A model generated the notes under the pieces. The model worked only from the letters and a program-made list of their open reading frames with translations. It was not told the DNA's origin and made no database searches. A DNA stretch of 64,000 nucleotides, from positions 1-64,000 of the IMG/VR virus record IMGVR_UViG_3300046519_000060. One strand, given 5' to 3'. Source of the stretch: a virus. Its lineage: Duplodnaviria; Heunggongvirae; Uroviricota; Caudoviricetes. Positions 27,193 through 36,569 of this stretch are shown one piece after another; position 1 is the first letter of the stretch, and the number at the start of each line of letters is the position of its first letter. Made by a program: the position numbers and the translations under genes.

Positions 27193-27211
27193 ACAAGACG
27201 AAGAAGAAAAC

Positions 27212-27442
27212 ATGACACAAGAAATCACGCAAGAACAGAAGCAAGAAGCTTTGCGCCTGATCGCGGAACAAGTCAAGATCGCGGAAGAAGCACTCGCGAA
27301 GGCCGAACAGTTGGCAAAGGAAGCGCAGGTTGGCTTCGACTTCACGTTCGACGGCATCACCGGTTCGTACTATACGCACAAGTACGGTGCAACCGGCGCT
27401 GTTGCCGGGTACTACGATGGTTGGGAAGGGTCATCCTGCTGA
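27212..27442 (+). CDS. GW-SS-C tail family small protein, member 3
   Basis: ends DGWEGSSC; ATG at 27212 after gaagaagaaaacATG. Confidence 0.45.
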   Translation: MTQEITQEQKQEALRLIAEQVKIAEEALAKAEQLAKEAQVGFDFTFDGITGSYYTHKYGATGAVAGYYDGWEGSSC

Positions 27443-27756
27443 TGGACAAGAAATTCCTCTCAGAGCGCAAGAAGGCCATCAAGGAAATTGCGACGGCCAC
27501 TGATGCGATCAAGCTGCATCTGAAATACATCGAGCGTCTTGCGAATCAGTACGGTATCCGTGTTGAACTCGATGGATTCCCGCGAACTGGTTATGACGGT
27601 GATGCGTGGTATGTGCCGGAACTGCCGGAAGAACTCCGAACCAAGCTGGGCGATGGGGAAGAAGTAGACCTCACCGGTACGGATTGGGAAGAATCCGCTG
27701 AGTACGACGCATACGATCAACAGTACGGCTGGAAGAACAGTTCGTCATACTGCTGA
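27442..27756 (+). CDS. GW-SS-C tail family small protein, member 4
   Basis: ends YGWKNSSSYC; TGATG overlap. Confidence 0.45.
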   Translation: MDKKFLSERKKAIKEIATATDAIKLHLKYIERLANQYGIRVELDGFPRTGYDGDAWYVPELPEELRTKLGDGEEVDLTGTDWEESAEYDAYDQQYGWKNSSSYC

Positions 27757-27760
27757 AACT

Positions 27761-27985
27761 ATGAGTGACATGACAAAAGAAGAAGCTGTGAAGTTCATTG
27801 CAGCTTTAGCGGAAAGTATCCGGCCAACACTTCGTACCATCGTTCAGGTTGCAGACGAACATGACATCGACGTGAAGCTGCTGGATGATTTTGGAAACTA
27901 CCTTCGTTACTACGGTCGTCCGTACATTGACGAATATTGCGAGATTCGCGACGAAGATGGTGGTTGGTATAGTTCACACTGCTGA
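27761..27985 (+). CDS. GW-SS-C tail family small protein, member 5
   Basis: ends GGWYSSHC. Confidence 0.5.
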   Translation: MSDMTKEEAVKFIAALAESIRPTLRTIVQVADEHDIDVKLLDDFGNYLRYYGRPYIDEYCEIRDEDGGWYSSHC

Positions 27986-27996
27986 GTAAAACAAAG

Positions 27997-28926
27997 ATGA
28001 TCGTTATTGGTTCAAAAGCACTTCTGGTGCAAGGTATTCAAACTGGTCGCAAGTCGTTTGACATCGACGTGATTGGCGAGTATGACGAAATCGTTGACTA
28101 CGCGAAGAAGTACCACGGCAATATCCGTGCGTGCTATCCGATTGATGATGGCAAGAAGCTGGTGGTCAAGACCGACCGAACGATCATCGAAGGTGAACTG
28201 ACGTGGGAAGGATCGAGCGCAGAAGCATTGCGTGACCTGATCCTTGCCGATGAAAAGACGATCTATGCGCGTGACACCGTTGGTCACAAGTTCGCGTCCC
28301 TCGATGTGCTGTACCTCTTGAAGATGTCGCATCGCTACAAGAAGAACAGTCCGCACTTCCTGAAAACGATGCGCGACATCCAGTTGATGCGCAAGCATGG
28401 CGCGACGATCCGCCCGGAACATGAGGCGTTCTACAAGCAACGGATGAAGGACACGTACACCTACGCACATCCGAAGCTGGACCAGACGAAGAAGGACTTC
28501 TTCAACGGTGACGGCGTGACGTATGTCTACGATCACGACAGCATCCATGAAGCGGTCAAGCATCTGATTAAGCCCGCCTACACGTTCTACAAGCCGGATG
28601 AAAGTGAAGTGAACTGTTCGCGGGAAATGTTCGACGCGGCCCCGAAGATCATCCGGCTGTATGGTGGTCTGGAAGAAACCTACGTGCTGGCGCTCGAACG
28701 GTCACAGATTCCCTTTGGCGATCTGTGGTCCCCAAAGAAGTCGTTTGACATGGCGCTGATGAAAGTTTGTACAAGCATCACGTCTGGTTGGTTCCGGGAA
28801 TTCTGTTGGGAGCACTACGACGAGATTCAATCTCTCTACGATCCCGAGTATGTTGAGAAGTTCTGGGCGAAAGCAATGGCCGGTGAAGTGAAACCCTATA
28901 ACGCAGAAGAAGGTATCTACGCATGA
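27997..28926 (+). CDS. hypothetical protein, possible nucleotidyltransferase-like N-terminus
   Basis: IGSKALLVQG...SFDIDVIG loosely resembles GS...D.D NTase motif; 309 aa. Confidence 0.4.
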   Translation: MIVIGSKALLVQGIQTGRKSFDIDVIGEYDEIVDYAKKYHGNIRACYPIDDGKKLVVKTDRTIIEGELTWEGSSAEALRDLILADEKTIYARDTVGHKFASLDVLYLLKMSHRYKKNSPHFLKTMRDIQLMRKHGATIRPEHEAFYKQRMKDTYTYAHPKLDQTKKDFFNGDGVTYVYDHDSIHEAVKHLIKPAYTFYKPDESEVNCSREMFDAAPKIIRLYGGLEETYVLALERSQIPFGDLWSPKKSFDMALMKVCTSITSGWFREFCWEHYDEIQSLYDPEYVEKFWAKAMAGEVKPYNAEEGIYA

Positions 28927-29264
28927 ACACCAAACTTGATGCAGCACTCGCACAAATCGAAGAAAGCGTTGGTCCCGAGTGGCGCGACGAAGCCTACAAG
29001 GTGATGCAACAGTACGCACAGATGTATCCGCACTTCTTGACCGAAGATGTCCGGGCGTTCTCGCGTGAAATCGGCATGAAGCAAGCCCACGACGACCGTG
29101 CATGGGGTCCGGTCACTTTGAAGGCCATCAAGAACGGCATCATGGCGCGAGACGGCTTCGAACTCACGAAGAAGTCCATTGGCAACCCCCGTCATCAGAT
29201 GCGCTTCAAGAGCATGATTTGCGGCGCTCCCGACCCGGTTACTGTGGAAGCCCTGTTTCAATGA
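28923..29264 (+). CDS. hypothetical protein
   Basis: ATGA overlap both ends. Confidence 0.45.
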   Translation: MNTKLDAALAQIEESVGPEWRDEAYKVMQQYAQMYPHFLTEDVRAFSREIGMKQAHDDRAWGPVTLKAIKNGIMARDGFELTKKSIGNPRHQMRFKSMICGAPDPVTVEALFQ

Positions 29265-29533
29265 GTATCAAGAAAGACAAAGAACTGATCGTCAAGGCGA
29301 TCAATGCGAAGCTGGCGCAAGCGGATGTCCTGCTGGCAGAATGCGTCCTATTGGCCGAAGAAGGTGGTGTGTGTTTCTCCTTGCCTTGGGGCGGTGAAGG
29401 AACGTCGCAGAGAGGCATGGGTGCAACCTACGTCCCCGAGACGGCATCTGAGCTAGAAAAGCGGTACAACTGCAACGAATCGTGGAACGGTGAGTATCAA
29501 GCCGGTTGGCAACCGTCCGCGCAAAGCTGCTAA
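29261..29533 (+). CDS. GW-SS-C tail family small protein, member 6
   Basis: ends AGWQPSAQSC; AEEGGVCFSLPWGGEG core aligns with paralogs. Confidence 0.45.
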   Translation: MSIKKDKELIVKAINAKLAQADVLLAECVLLAEEGGVCFSLPWGGEGTSQRGMGATYVPETASELEKRYNCNESWNGEYQAGWQPSAQSC

Positions 29534-29540
29534 GAAGTAG

Positions 29541-29568
29541 TTGACAAAGATGGGGATTCGCGTAGAAT
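29541..29568 (+). promoter_or_regulatory. sigma70-like promoter with inverted repeat
   Basis: ttgacaaagatggggattcgcgtagaat; ggggattc / gaatcccc palindrome. Confidence 0.5.
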
Positions 29569-29602
29569 CCCCATCATCGTTTCTACAGCACGGATCAGTC
29601 AC

Positions 29603-29890
29603 ATGAAGAAGCAGAAACAAATTCGCGCATCGACGGTCAACAAGGCAATCGCTGATCTGGGTGGCAAGGAAATTCTGGTCAAGGGTGACGGCTACTGGTA
29701 CTTCGCGGAAGGCGATTCCGCACAGTGGCCGTCAGCATCGGTCTACTGCTACAACCTGAACACCTATTCGCTGGAAGAATGGGTTCGCTTCTGGAAACAC
29801 TATCGCGACAAGTATCTCGCGGAAAAGGAAAACCGGATCAAGCCTGAGTACACGAAGGATGGTGCGCTAAAGATTCGTTCATGGCGATAA
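29603..29890 (+). CDS. hypothetical protein
   Basis: 95 aa. Confidence 0.45.
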   Translation: MKKQKQIRASTVNKAIADLGGKEILVKGDGYWYFAEGDSAQWPSASVYCYNLNTYSLEEWVRFWKHYRDKYLAEKENRIKPEYTKDGALKIRSWR

Positions 29891-29954
29891 ATAATGTGTG
29901 GCCCTTGGGCTACGAAGTCTAATAATTCTGTCAAACAGTAGCCCAAAGGACACC

Positions 29955-30833
29955 ATGAAAACATTCTTCCAACTGCGCAATTACCTGAACGATCTTCCGC
30001 TGATTAGCGAAGAACTTCACCAGTCGATCCACGATGTTCTGGACTCGGAACACATCGCACCCGAACACAAGCTGAACCACGTCTCGGCAGCGATCCGTAC
30101 CGCGATCAAGCGTGGCGAAGATCATGGTCTGGAAGATGCAAAGCCCAAGAAGGGTTCCAGTCGTGCCGTGTTCTTCCCGAAAGACCCGCACAAGCTGAAA
30201 ATCGATGGCGTCGATACGCACATGCCTACGGCCCTCAAAGTGGCGTTCCCCGGCGCACTGGACAAGTACAAGACCCACGATGAACCGCTGCTTGGTGAGG
30301 AACAGAACCGCGTAGAAGGCGATCACTGGACCAACCAAGAGTACGGCGTTCTACGTCAGGGCGACCGTCATGGTGAGTACCATACGAACGAACACGGCTT
30401 CCTCGCGCCGATGCTGCACGCGCATGACGAAGGGCATCACATCCACTTCGGCAAGATCGAACCCATCAAGGCGGGCGACTTCCAGAAGCACACAGTTGCG
30501 CCGGGATTCCCGAAGGGCATTAGCCATCAGGAAATGTTCGACTACCTGAACCATCATCACGAAGAAGCGCACGGCAAGTCCTACACAGGCAAGACCTCAC
30601 CGGAACGTATCGAGAAGCTTGACGAGCATCCCATGCTCAGTAACATGCACTCATGGATGGGGAACACTGGTGCGCACCCGGCTGATCTGAACAAACGCAA
30701 CATGGGTATGTGGACGCATCCTGTAACTGGTAAGAAACATGTCGTGGTCAGTGACTACGGCTTCACCGGCGATGTCGCGAAGCAATACATGCAGCGTCGT
30801 CAACGCATGAGCAAAGCTAATAGGGGTTGGTAA
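29955..30833 (+). CDS. His-rich hypothetical protein (paralog family)
   Basis: GDRHGEYHTNEHGFLAPMLHAHDEGHHIHFG; ATG 29955 after caaaggacaccATG. Confidence 0.5.
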   Translation: MKTFFQLRNYLNDLPLISEELHQSIHDVLDSEHIAPEHKLNHVSAAIRTAIKRGEDHGLEDAKPKKGSSRAVFFPKDPHKLKIDGVDTHMPTALKVAFPGALDKYKTHDEPLLGEEQNRVEGDHWTNQEYGVLRQGDRHGEYHTNEHGFLAPMLHAHDEGHHIHFGKIEPIKAGDFQKHTVAPGFPKGISHQEMFDYLNHHHEEAHGKSYTGKTSPERIEKLDEHPMLSNMHSWMGNTGAHPADLNKRNMGMWTHPVTGKKHVVVSDYGFTGDVAKQYMQRRQRMSKANRGW

Positions 30834-30854
30834 TGAAACGAGAAGGATGGGATG

Positions 30855-30884
30855 GTTAAGCGAAGGCCGGTCGAAAGATCGGCC
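30855..30884 (+). terminator. rho-independent terminator
   Basis: ggccggtcgaaagatcggcc followed by tttttttt. Confidence 0.7.
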
Positions 30885-30903
30885 TTTTTTTTGTTTCTGG
30901 GTC

Positions 30904-30931
30904 TTGACACGAATTCCCAAACATGTATAAT
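30904..30931 (+). promoter_or_regulatory. sigma70-like promoter with conserved spacer
   Basis: ttgacacgaattcccaaacatgtataat. Confidence 0.6.
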
Positions 30932-30966
30932 CATTTTCATCGAGAACACATTTGGGAGCGAAAGAC

Positions 30967-31296
30967 ATGGCACGAAGCATCTACGATCTGCGCAAGGGCA
31001 AGAACGATCAGATTTACCAAGTCTTGAAGGTCGCATCCGGTCATTACCGAATCTTCCCGCTGAACTCACTGGAAGCCATCGGTGAGATTCGTAAGCGTGC
31101 ATGGAATGACTGGTACGGCGAACTGGCCCTCGATGATGTGTACGCGAGCACTTGCGCCGACACACTCGATTTTGCCATCAGCGATCTGGAACGTAGCATC
31201 GTTGAGCGCAGCGAAGGTAAGCACGCCCACGTCCACCGGAAAGATGCCGCAGAGTACACGACCCGGCTTCTGGAACGGTTGAAGAAGGGCCAATAG
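30967..31296 (+). CDS. hypothetical protein
   Basis: leader tttgggagcgaaagacATG. Confidence 0.45.
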   Translation: MARSIYDLRKGKNDQIYQVLKVASGHYRIFPLNSLEAIGEIRKRAWNDWYGELALDDVYASTCADTLDFAISDLERSIVERSEGKHAHVHRKDAAEYTTRLLERLKKGQ

Positions 31297-31366
31297 TCGG
31301 AACTTCTGTACGAAGTAACAGTCTGCTACAATCAGAACAATGCACGTCCACTACACGGAGTCAAAC

Positions 31367-31624
31367 ATGGGAAATGTCGTCGGAATCTCGCGCGGTCGTC
31401 AACTCGTCAATCATCGCCTGTTGCTGGAATCGGCAAAAATTTCGCTGTTCCTCGCGATGGTGAATCCGCCGTCCAAGCGCGAATCCGTTGCTGATCGTGT
31501 CGAACGTACAAAGTCGTTCGTTCGTGACGAATTTCTCGATTCGGGGTATGAACCGAGCGATGCCGATGAACTGGTGCGCACGGCCCATGCAGAAGCCTAC
31601 GCCGAATTCGTGAAGGTGCATTGA
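31367..31624 (+). CDS. hypothetical protein
   Basis: leader cacggagtcaaacATG. Confidence 0.45.
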   Translation: MGNVVGISRGRQLVNHRLLLESAKISLFLAMVNPPSKRESVADRVERTKSFVRDEFLDSGYEPSDADELVRTAHAEAYAEFVKVH

Positions 31625-31896
31625 TGTCGAATCCTATCCAAGCCGTCAAAACAGTTTTGATCGTTCCTGCTGTCACGGATCAAGCTGGACAGTGCCGCAT
31701 CGTTCAGACCGGCACGTTCGCCAAGATTCGGAACCCTCTGGCCGACTACCGGTTGAATCCGCACCTGTGGCATGAAGTTGGCCTGATGAACTTCGCGGGC
31801 GAACTGGTCTGCTACGAAGGACCGGATGAAGAATCCGAACACATCCGGGATTGTGAACCTCTGGCCGCAGGTTTGGTTTTTGTTTTCGAAGCTTGA
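31624..31896 (+). CDS. hypothetical protein
   Basis: TGATG overlap. Confidence 0.4.
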   Translation: MSNPIQAVKTVLIVPAVTDQAGQCRIVQTGTFAKIRNPLADYRLNPHLWHEVGLMNFAGELVCYEGPDEESEHIRDCEPLAAGLVFVFEA

Positions 31897-31921
31897 CATC
31901 AGATTCCCAAACCTGTAGAAT
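31893..31921 (+). promoter_or_regulatory. sigma70-like promoter with conserved spacer
   Basis: ttgacatcagattcccaaacctgtagaat. Confidence 0.6.
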
Positions 31922-31954
31922 GCTTTTCATCGACAACGAACCGGGATACCAGAC

Positions 31955-32464
31955 ATGAGCAACTTTCAACAAATCGACCTCGCGACCGTCCGTGACCGCG
32001 CAGAGAACGCACTTGTACGTGTCGAGAATCGCCTGAAAGCCGCCAAGACGGTTCTGGGTACGCTGTATTTCAGTGAAGGCGCAGCGATCAACGGCCATCT
32101 GGTCAAAAAGTTGAATCGTGCGTTGCCTGAGTACAAGTTCGGGCTGAATACCGATCACGGCTGGTACGAACTGGAAATCGACGGCGCTGGCTTCGACACC
32201 ATCCGCGCGAACCTCGGCTACAAGTCCAAGACTAGCGTCATCGAGAACGCGACGATCAATGAAGGCTTCAAGCCCTACACGCTGGACGAAGAACGTCTGG
32301 TGCAGTATCGCGAAGAAGTCAGGACCATTGAAGAACGCGCGAAGCGTTTCAACTACGCGCTGGTCGAATTGAAGGACGCATATGACGGTCTGGGCGATCT
32401 TCGCTTCGCGTTCTCGGACAATCACCTTCCGTCCATCAAGGACGCACAAGGACGCTGGATTTAA
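31955..32464 (+). CDS. hypothetical protein
   Basis: 169 aa. Confidence 0.5.
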   Translation: MSNFQQIDLATVRDRAENALVRVENRLKAAKTVLGTLYFSEGAAINGHLVKKLNRALPEYKFGLNTDHGWYELEIDGAGFDTIRANLGYKSKTSVIENATINEGFKPYTLDEERLVQYREEVRTIEERAKRFNYALVELKDAYDGLGDLRFAFSDNHLPSIKDAQGRWI

Positions 32465-32473
32465 GGGAGATTG

Positions 32474-32713
32474 ATGAACATCTTCGAAGACATTCTGGAT
32501 ACGCGCAGTCTCACGGTGATCCACTATAAGATCGAAGACGCAATGCCATCATGCATTGCTCTTGGGTCCATTGAAGACCAGAAGGCATTCGCGCTAATTC
32601 TCGAAACCAACAGTCTCGATGAAATCTGGGCCATCGCCCATGAACGTTTGGGCCAGTTCGAACAAGCCAAAGCACTTCGCGACTGGATCGCGAAAAAGAC
32701 AAGAAGGGGTTAA
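32474..32713 (+). CDS. hypothetical protein
   Basis: RBS taagggagattgATG. Confidence 0.4.
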   Translation: MNIFEDILDTRSLTVIHYKIEDAMPSCIALGSIEDQKAFALILETNSLDEIWAIAHERLGQFEQAKALRDWIAKKTRRG

Positions 32714-32716
32714 AAC

Positions 32717-32938
32717 ATGCTCGCGCGAAACATCAGCTACTACATCTATCGAAACAGCGCATGGATCGAATTGCACTCACATGACGTGGTGGAAGGATCG
32801 GTCATCCCGCGCGTCGGAGAAGTGGTGTACGGGTTCGGTTTATCGGAAGCGGAATTCAAGGTGACGAAGGTGCGTTACAACGTCTTCACCGCCGAAGTTG
32901 AAGTCGAAGTCACACAGCTACCGGGAAGCGAAGATTGA
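32717..32938 (+). CDS. hypothetical protein
   Basis: 73 aa. Confidence 0.4.
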   Translation: MLARNISYYIYRNSAWIELHSHDVVEGSVIPRVGEVVYGFGLSEAEFKVTKVRYNVFTAEVEVEVTQLPGSED

Positions 32939-33117
32939 GCCTTCTAAACCTCGGCGGTCCCGGTCCTAGCGGATTGGCCCAATGGCTGGTCCGCGAAGCT
33001 GAACATCATCGGAAGTGGGGTCCGCTCGGATGGGCCTCACGATCAAACCTGACGTTTCACGCCATGATTATCATTGGCGGATACAACACAGTCTGGGACG
33101 GGGATACACCATTTTGA
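32935..33117 (+). CDS. hypothetical protein
   Basis: 60 aa ORF, ATGA overlap. Confidence 0.3.
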   Translation: MSLLNLGGPGPSGLAQWLVREAEHHRKWGPLGWASRSNLTFHAMIIIGGYNTVWDGDTPF

Positions 33118-33365
33118 AAGACAGTTTTATTTGTTTTCTGATGGCTGTGATCCTTGCGGGAATCAGCATTTCCGCCTGTAACAAGGAAACACCGGAAGAA
33201 CATCAAGAAAAAGTAAAAGAGAAGATGGAAAGACGACAGAAGAACTTCTCATACCTGATGCACATATGCGAGAACAATGGCGGGGTCTACGATTTTAAGA
33301 CGAACCAGTACGACATTTCTACCGTATTCTGCGTTAACGGACTCCAAGCATCAATCCACCAATAA
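33114..33365 (+). CDS. putative small lipoprotein (TTG start)
   Basis: MKDSFICFLMAVILAGISISAC lipobox-like signal; TTGA overlap with upstream stop. Confidence 0.35.
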   Translation: MKDSFICFLMAVILAGISISACNKETPEEHQEKVKEKMERRQKNFSYLMHICENNGGVYDFKTNQYDISTVFCVNGLQASIHQ

Positions 33366-33370
33366 TACGA

Positions 33371-34759
33371 ATGACCATTCTTGAAATCCTGAATCAAATC
33401 GCAGCAACCTCGAAGAAAACCGAGAAGGAAGCGATCCTCAAAGCAAACGCCGACAACGAAACGTTGAAGCGCGTGTTCTATCTGGCCTATCAGCCGACCC
33501 TCAACTTCTACACGAAGCGCATCCCCGCATACACGCCTAATACGGGCGAGAAGACGATCTTTGATGATGAAGATACGTTCACCCTCGATGCGGCGCTGGA
33601 TTCGATTGTGGGCGTTCTGGCGAAGCGTGTGCTGACTGGTTCGGCGGCAGCTTCCCATCTGGCGAATCTGCTGACGCAACTCCATGCGGACGATGCCACG
33701 GTCCTCGAACGGGTCGTGCTGCGTGACCTTCGCATTGATGCGGGCGCAAACACGGCTAACAAGGTCTGGAAGGGGCTGATCCTCGATGTCCCGTACATGC
33801 GGTGCAGTCTGCCGAAAGAAGTGAAGCTGGCGACGTTTCCATGGGTCACAGGGCTATATTCGCAGTTGAAGTCGGACGGCAGCTTCACGAACGTCAACGT
33901 CTACCCGGATGGCGCGGTCGAATTCATGACCCGCAACGGCAACGTGTATCCGACTGAGGACTTCCAAGAAGTCGAACTCGCATTCCGCCAGACAGAGAAG
34001 CCGACCGTTGGCTACCAGTTCCACGGTGAATTGCTGGTCTACAAAGACGGCGAACTCATGGAACGCGCGGAAGGTAACGGCGTTCTGAACAAGATTCAGC
34101 AAGGCAAGAACAAGCTTCCCGCTGGTCACACGATCCGCTTCGTGGCATGGGACATGATCCCGATTGAAGCGGCGGTCCCGAAGGGTAAGTATGAAGTCCC
34201 GTATGCGGTGCGTCTCGAACAGTTGGAAAGCCTTGGCCTCACTGGTGCGGTAGAAGTCGTCCAGACGCGCGTGGTTCATTCGATCCGTGAAGCCTACGAG
34301 CACTATCAGGAACAGTTGGCGCTTGGTCTGGAAGGCACGATCCTGAAAGACCCGTCCGCGATCTGGGAAGATACGACCTCAAAGAAGCAAGTCAAGTTCA
34401 AGATGGAAGTGACCATCGAACTTGAATGTGTCGGCTTCAATCCGGGTAAGGGTAAGAATGCCAACACGTTCGGTAGCGCCAAGCTTCGTTCGTCGGATGG
34501 CCTGTTGACCGTGAACTGTTCGGGCTTCAAAGACGCTGACCGCAAGTACATCAGCGAGAACCGTGACGACTTCATCAACACGATCTGGGCGGTGACCTCG
34601 AACGCGATGACGAAGAAGCGTGCCGATGGAACCCGTAGTCTGTTCCTTCCTCGCTACGTCGAACAACGCAACGACAAAGATGAAGCCGATTCGCTCGAAC
34701 GCATCGAACTTCAATTCGAATCGGCAGTGAACGACCTCGAAGCCCTGATCGCAATGTGA
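33371..34759 (+). CDS. 30: ATP-dependent DNA ligase (T4 gp30-like)
   Basis: MTILEILNQIAATSKKTEKEAILKANADNETLKRVFYLAY closely parallels T4 ligase N-terminus; KxDG adenylation motif QLKSDGS. Confidence 0.9.
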   Translation: MTILEILNQIAATSKKTEKEAILKANADNETLKRVFYLAYQPTLNFYTKRIPAYTPNTGEKTIFDDEDTFTLDAALDSIVGVLAKRVLTGSAAASHLANLLTQLHADDATVLERVVLRDLRIDAGANTANKVWKGLILDVPYMRCSLPKEVKLATFPWVTGLYSQLKSDGSFTNVNVYPDGAVEFMTRNGNVYPTEDFQEVELAFRQTEKPTVGYQFHGELLVYKDGELMERAEGNGVLNKIQQGKNKLPAGHTIRFVAWDMIPIEAAVPKGKYEVPYAVRLEQLESLGLTGAVEVVQTRVVHSIREAYEHYQEQLALGLEGTILKDPSAIWEDTTSKKQVKFKMEVTIELECVGFNPGKGKNANTFGSAKLRSSDGLLTVNCSGFKDADRKYISENRDDFINTIWAVTSNAMTKKRADGTRSLFLPRYVEQRNDKDEADSLERIELQFESAVNDLEALIAM

Positions 34760-34845
34760 TGGACGTTGATCCAACACTTGCCATCGCCCTGATCTTCGGT
34801 TTCTCGGCAGTCCTCACGGCAGTCCTAATTAAGTTCCTCAAATAA
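34759..34845 (+). CDS. tiny hydrophobic peptide (28 aa)
   Basis: MDVDPTLAIALIFGFSAVLTAVLIKFLK; ATGTGATG coupling to ligase. Confidence 0.25.
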   Translation: MDVDPTLAIALIFGFSAVLTAVLIKFLK

Positions 34846-34851
34846 AGAAGT

Positions 34852-34891
34852 GGTCGGGAGTGCCTAAATAGTTTTACAAGCACTCCCGACC
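34852..34891 (+). terminator. strong hairpin (terminator-like) with late-promoter-like motif in loop
   Basis: ggtcgggagtg cctaaatagttttacaag cactcccgacc. Confidence 0.45.
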
Positions 34892-34898
34892 GACCAAA

Positions 34899-35165
34899 AT
34901 GGCAATTTACGATTATCAATGTAACGAGTGTGGTCACACATTCGAGAAGTCCCTCAAAATTTCCGAAATGAAGCAACCCGAAAGCGAACCATGCCCCGCA
35001 TGTGAGGCGTTTGCAGTAGAGAAGATTCTTTTGGGCGCACCCGCGATGGGCGACCCCGTTCGCTTAGGCGTCCGAAAGCTTCCCGGCGACTTCAAGGAAG
35101 TTCTGTCGAAGATTTCAGAACGAAACTACCGATCCAATTTGAAGGACAAGTTGAGTCGCAGCTAG
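34899..35165 (+). CDS. FmdB-family zinc-ribbon protein
   Basis: MAIYDYQCNECGHTF...CPACEAF. Confidence 0.5.
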   Translation: MAIYDYQCNECGHTFEKSLKISEMKQPESEPCPACEAFAVEKILLGAPAMGDPVRLGVRKLPGDFKEVLSKISERNYRSNLKDKLSRS

Positions 35166-35212
35166 TAAGAAGCAGTACTATCATCCACCCCTGAAATGGG
35201 AGCAACACCAAC

Positions 35213-35983
35213 ATGGCACGAAAGAACAGGGCGTCAGGTAAGCCCGCCGTGAACAGCGCACAGGCACAACAAAGCGTTCAACGTACTGACCACGTATCGA
35301 ACCGCCTGAAACTGCGTATTGATGATCTGAAAGTTTTCGAACCGTTGACGGAAAATCAACGGGTGTTCTTTGAAGAATATGCCGATCAGCAGAACATGGC
35401 ATACATCCTTCACGGCGCGGCGGGTACTGGCAAGTCGTTCATTGCCCTGTACAAGTCACTGGAAACGGTCATGGACCCCTCGAACCCGTATGATGGTGTT
35501 GTCATCGTGCGTTCGGCTGTCCCCGGTCGAGACATCGGCCACTTGCCGGGTACGGAAGAAGAAAAGCTGGCTGTGTACGAGCAACCGTACATTGGTATCT
35601 GTGGCGATCTGTTTGGTCGTCGTGATGCGTACCAACGTCTGAAAGAACACGGCCACATCGAGTTTCTTTCGTCATCCTTCATTCGCGGCACAACGCTGGA
35701 CAACAAGATCGTGCTGGTTGATGAAATGCAGAACTTCTCATGGGAAGAACTGTACACCATCGCAACTCGCGTCGGCCATCGCACCAAGATCATCTTTGCC
35801 GGTGACTTGCGCCAGACGGACCTTCGCAAGCGTGGCGATCCTTCGGGACTGGTCAAGTTCCTCGATGTGATGGACACCCTACCGAACGTCGCAATGATCG
35901 AATACGGCGTCCAAGACATCGTTCGTAGTGCTTTCGTCAAGGCAGTGATTATCGCGACGATGGCTTATGAGGACGTGCATTAA
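35213..35983 (+). CDS. phoH: PhoH-like ATPase
   Basis: Walker A GAAGTGKSF within PhoH-like context; 256 aa. Confidence 0.8.
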   Translation: MARKNRASGKPAVNSAQAQQSVQRTDHVSNRLKLRIDDLKVFEPLTENQRVFFEEYADQQNMAYILHGAAGTGKSFIALYKSLETVMDPSNPYDGVVIVRSAVPGRDIGHLPGTEEEKLAVYEQPYIGICGDLFGRRDAYQRLKEHGHIEFLSSSFIRGTTLDNKIVLVDEMQNFSWEELYTIATRVGHRTKIIFAGDLRQTDLRKRGDPSGLVKFLDVMDTLPNVAMIEYGVQDIVRSAFVKAVIIATMAYEDVH

Positions 35984-36048
35984 GGGAACCATCGTCAAGA
36001 TTCTCGCAGGGCTAAATATTAGGTACAAGTTTAGCCTAGCGAGAAATC

Positions 36049-36558
36049 ATGCTTACCCTGTCTACACAGGGCGCTAACCTAATCAAGCAGTTCGAAGGAT
36101 GTAAGCTTACTGCATACAAAGATTCGGTAGGTGTCCTTACAATCGGTTACGGTACGACGAACAGCGTCCTTCCGCCCGACCATCAAATAACTCCCGGTAT
36201 GACGATCACCCAACTTCAAGCAGAACTGCTTTTGAAGATGGGCGTCGATACCAAGTTTTCCCCGGCTGTGAACCGTATGGTTCTGGCCCCTCTGACGCAA
36301 AACCAATTCGATTCTCTGGTCTGCTTTGCCTACAACTGTGGTCCCGGCAACCTACAGAATTCCTCACTTCTGCGTTTCCTGAACGGTCGCAACTATGCCG
36401 CTGCACAGCTTGAATTCCTGAAATGGAACAAGGCTGGTGGACAAGTCCTTCGCGGCCTCACGCGTCGTCGTCTGGCAGAAGCAGTCAACTTTGGCGGTCT
36501 GGATCGAGCAACGCTGATCGCGAAGTGCCTTGGTGGTGTCGATCCCGATAAAGCATAA
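36049..36558 (+). CDS. e: T4-type lysozyme (GH24 endolysin)
   Basis: QFEGCKLTAYKDSVGVLTIGYGTT parallels T4 lysozyme [21 protein letters not shown]. Confidence 0.85.
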   Translation: MLTLSTQGANLIKQFEGCKLTAYKDSVGVLTIGYGTTNSVLPPDHQITPGMTITQLQAELLLKMGVDTKFSPAVNRMVLAPLTQNQFDSLVCFAYNCGPGNLQNSSLLRFLNGRNYAAAQLEFLKWNKAGGQVLRGLTRRRLAEAVNFGGLDRATLIAKCLGGVDPDKA

Positions 36559-36569
36559 CGAGAACAACT

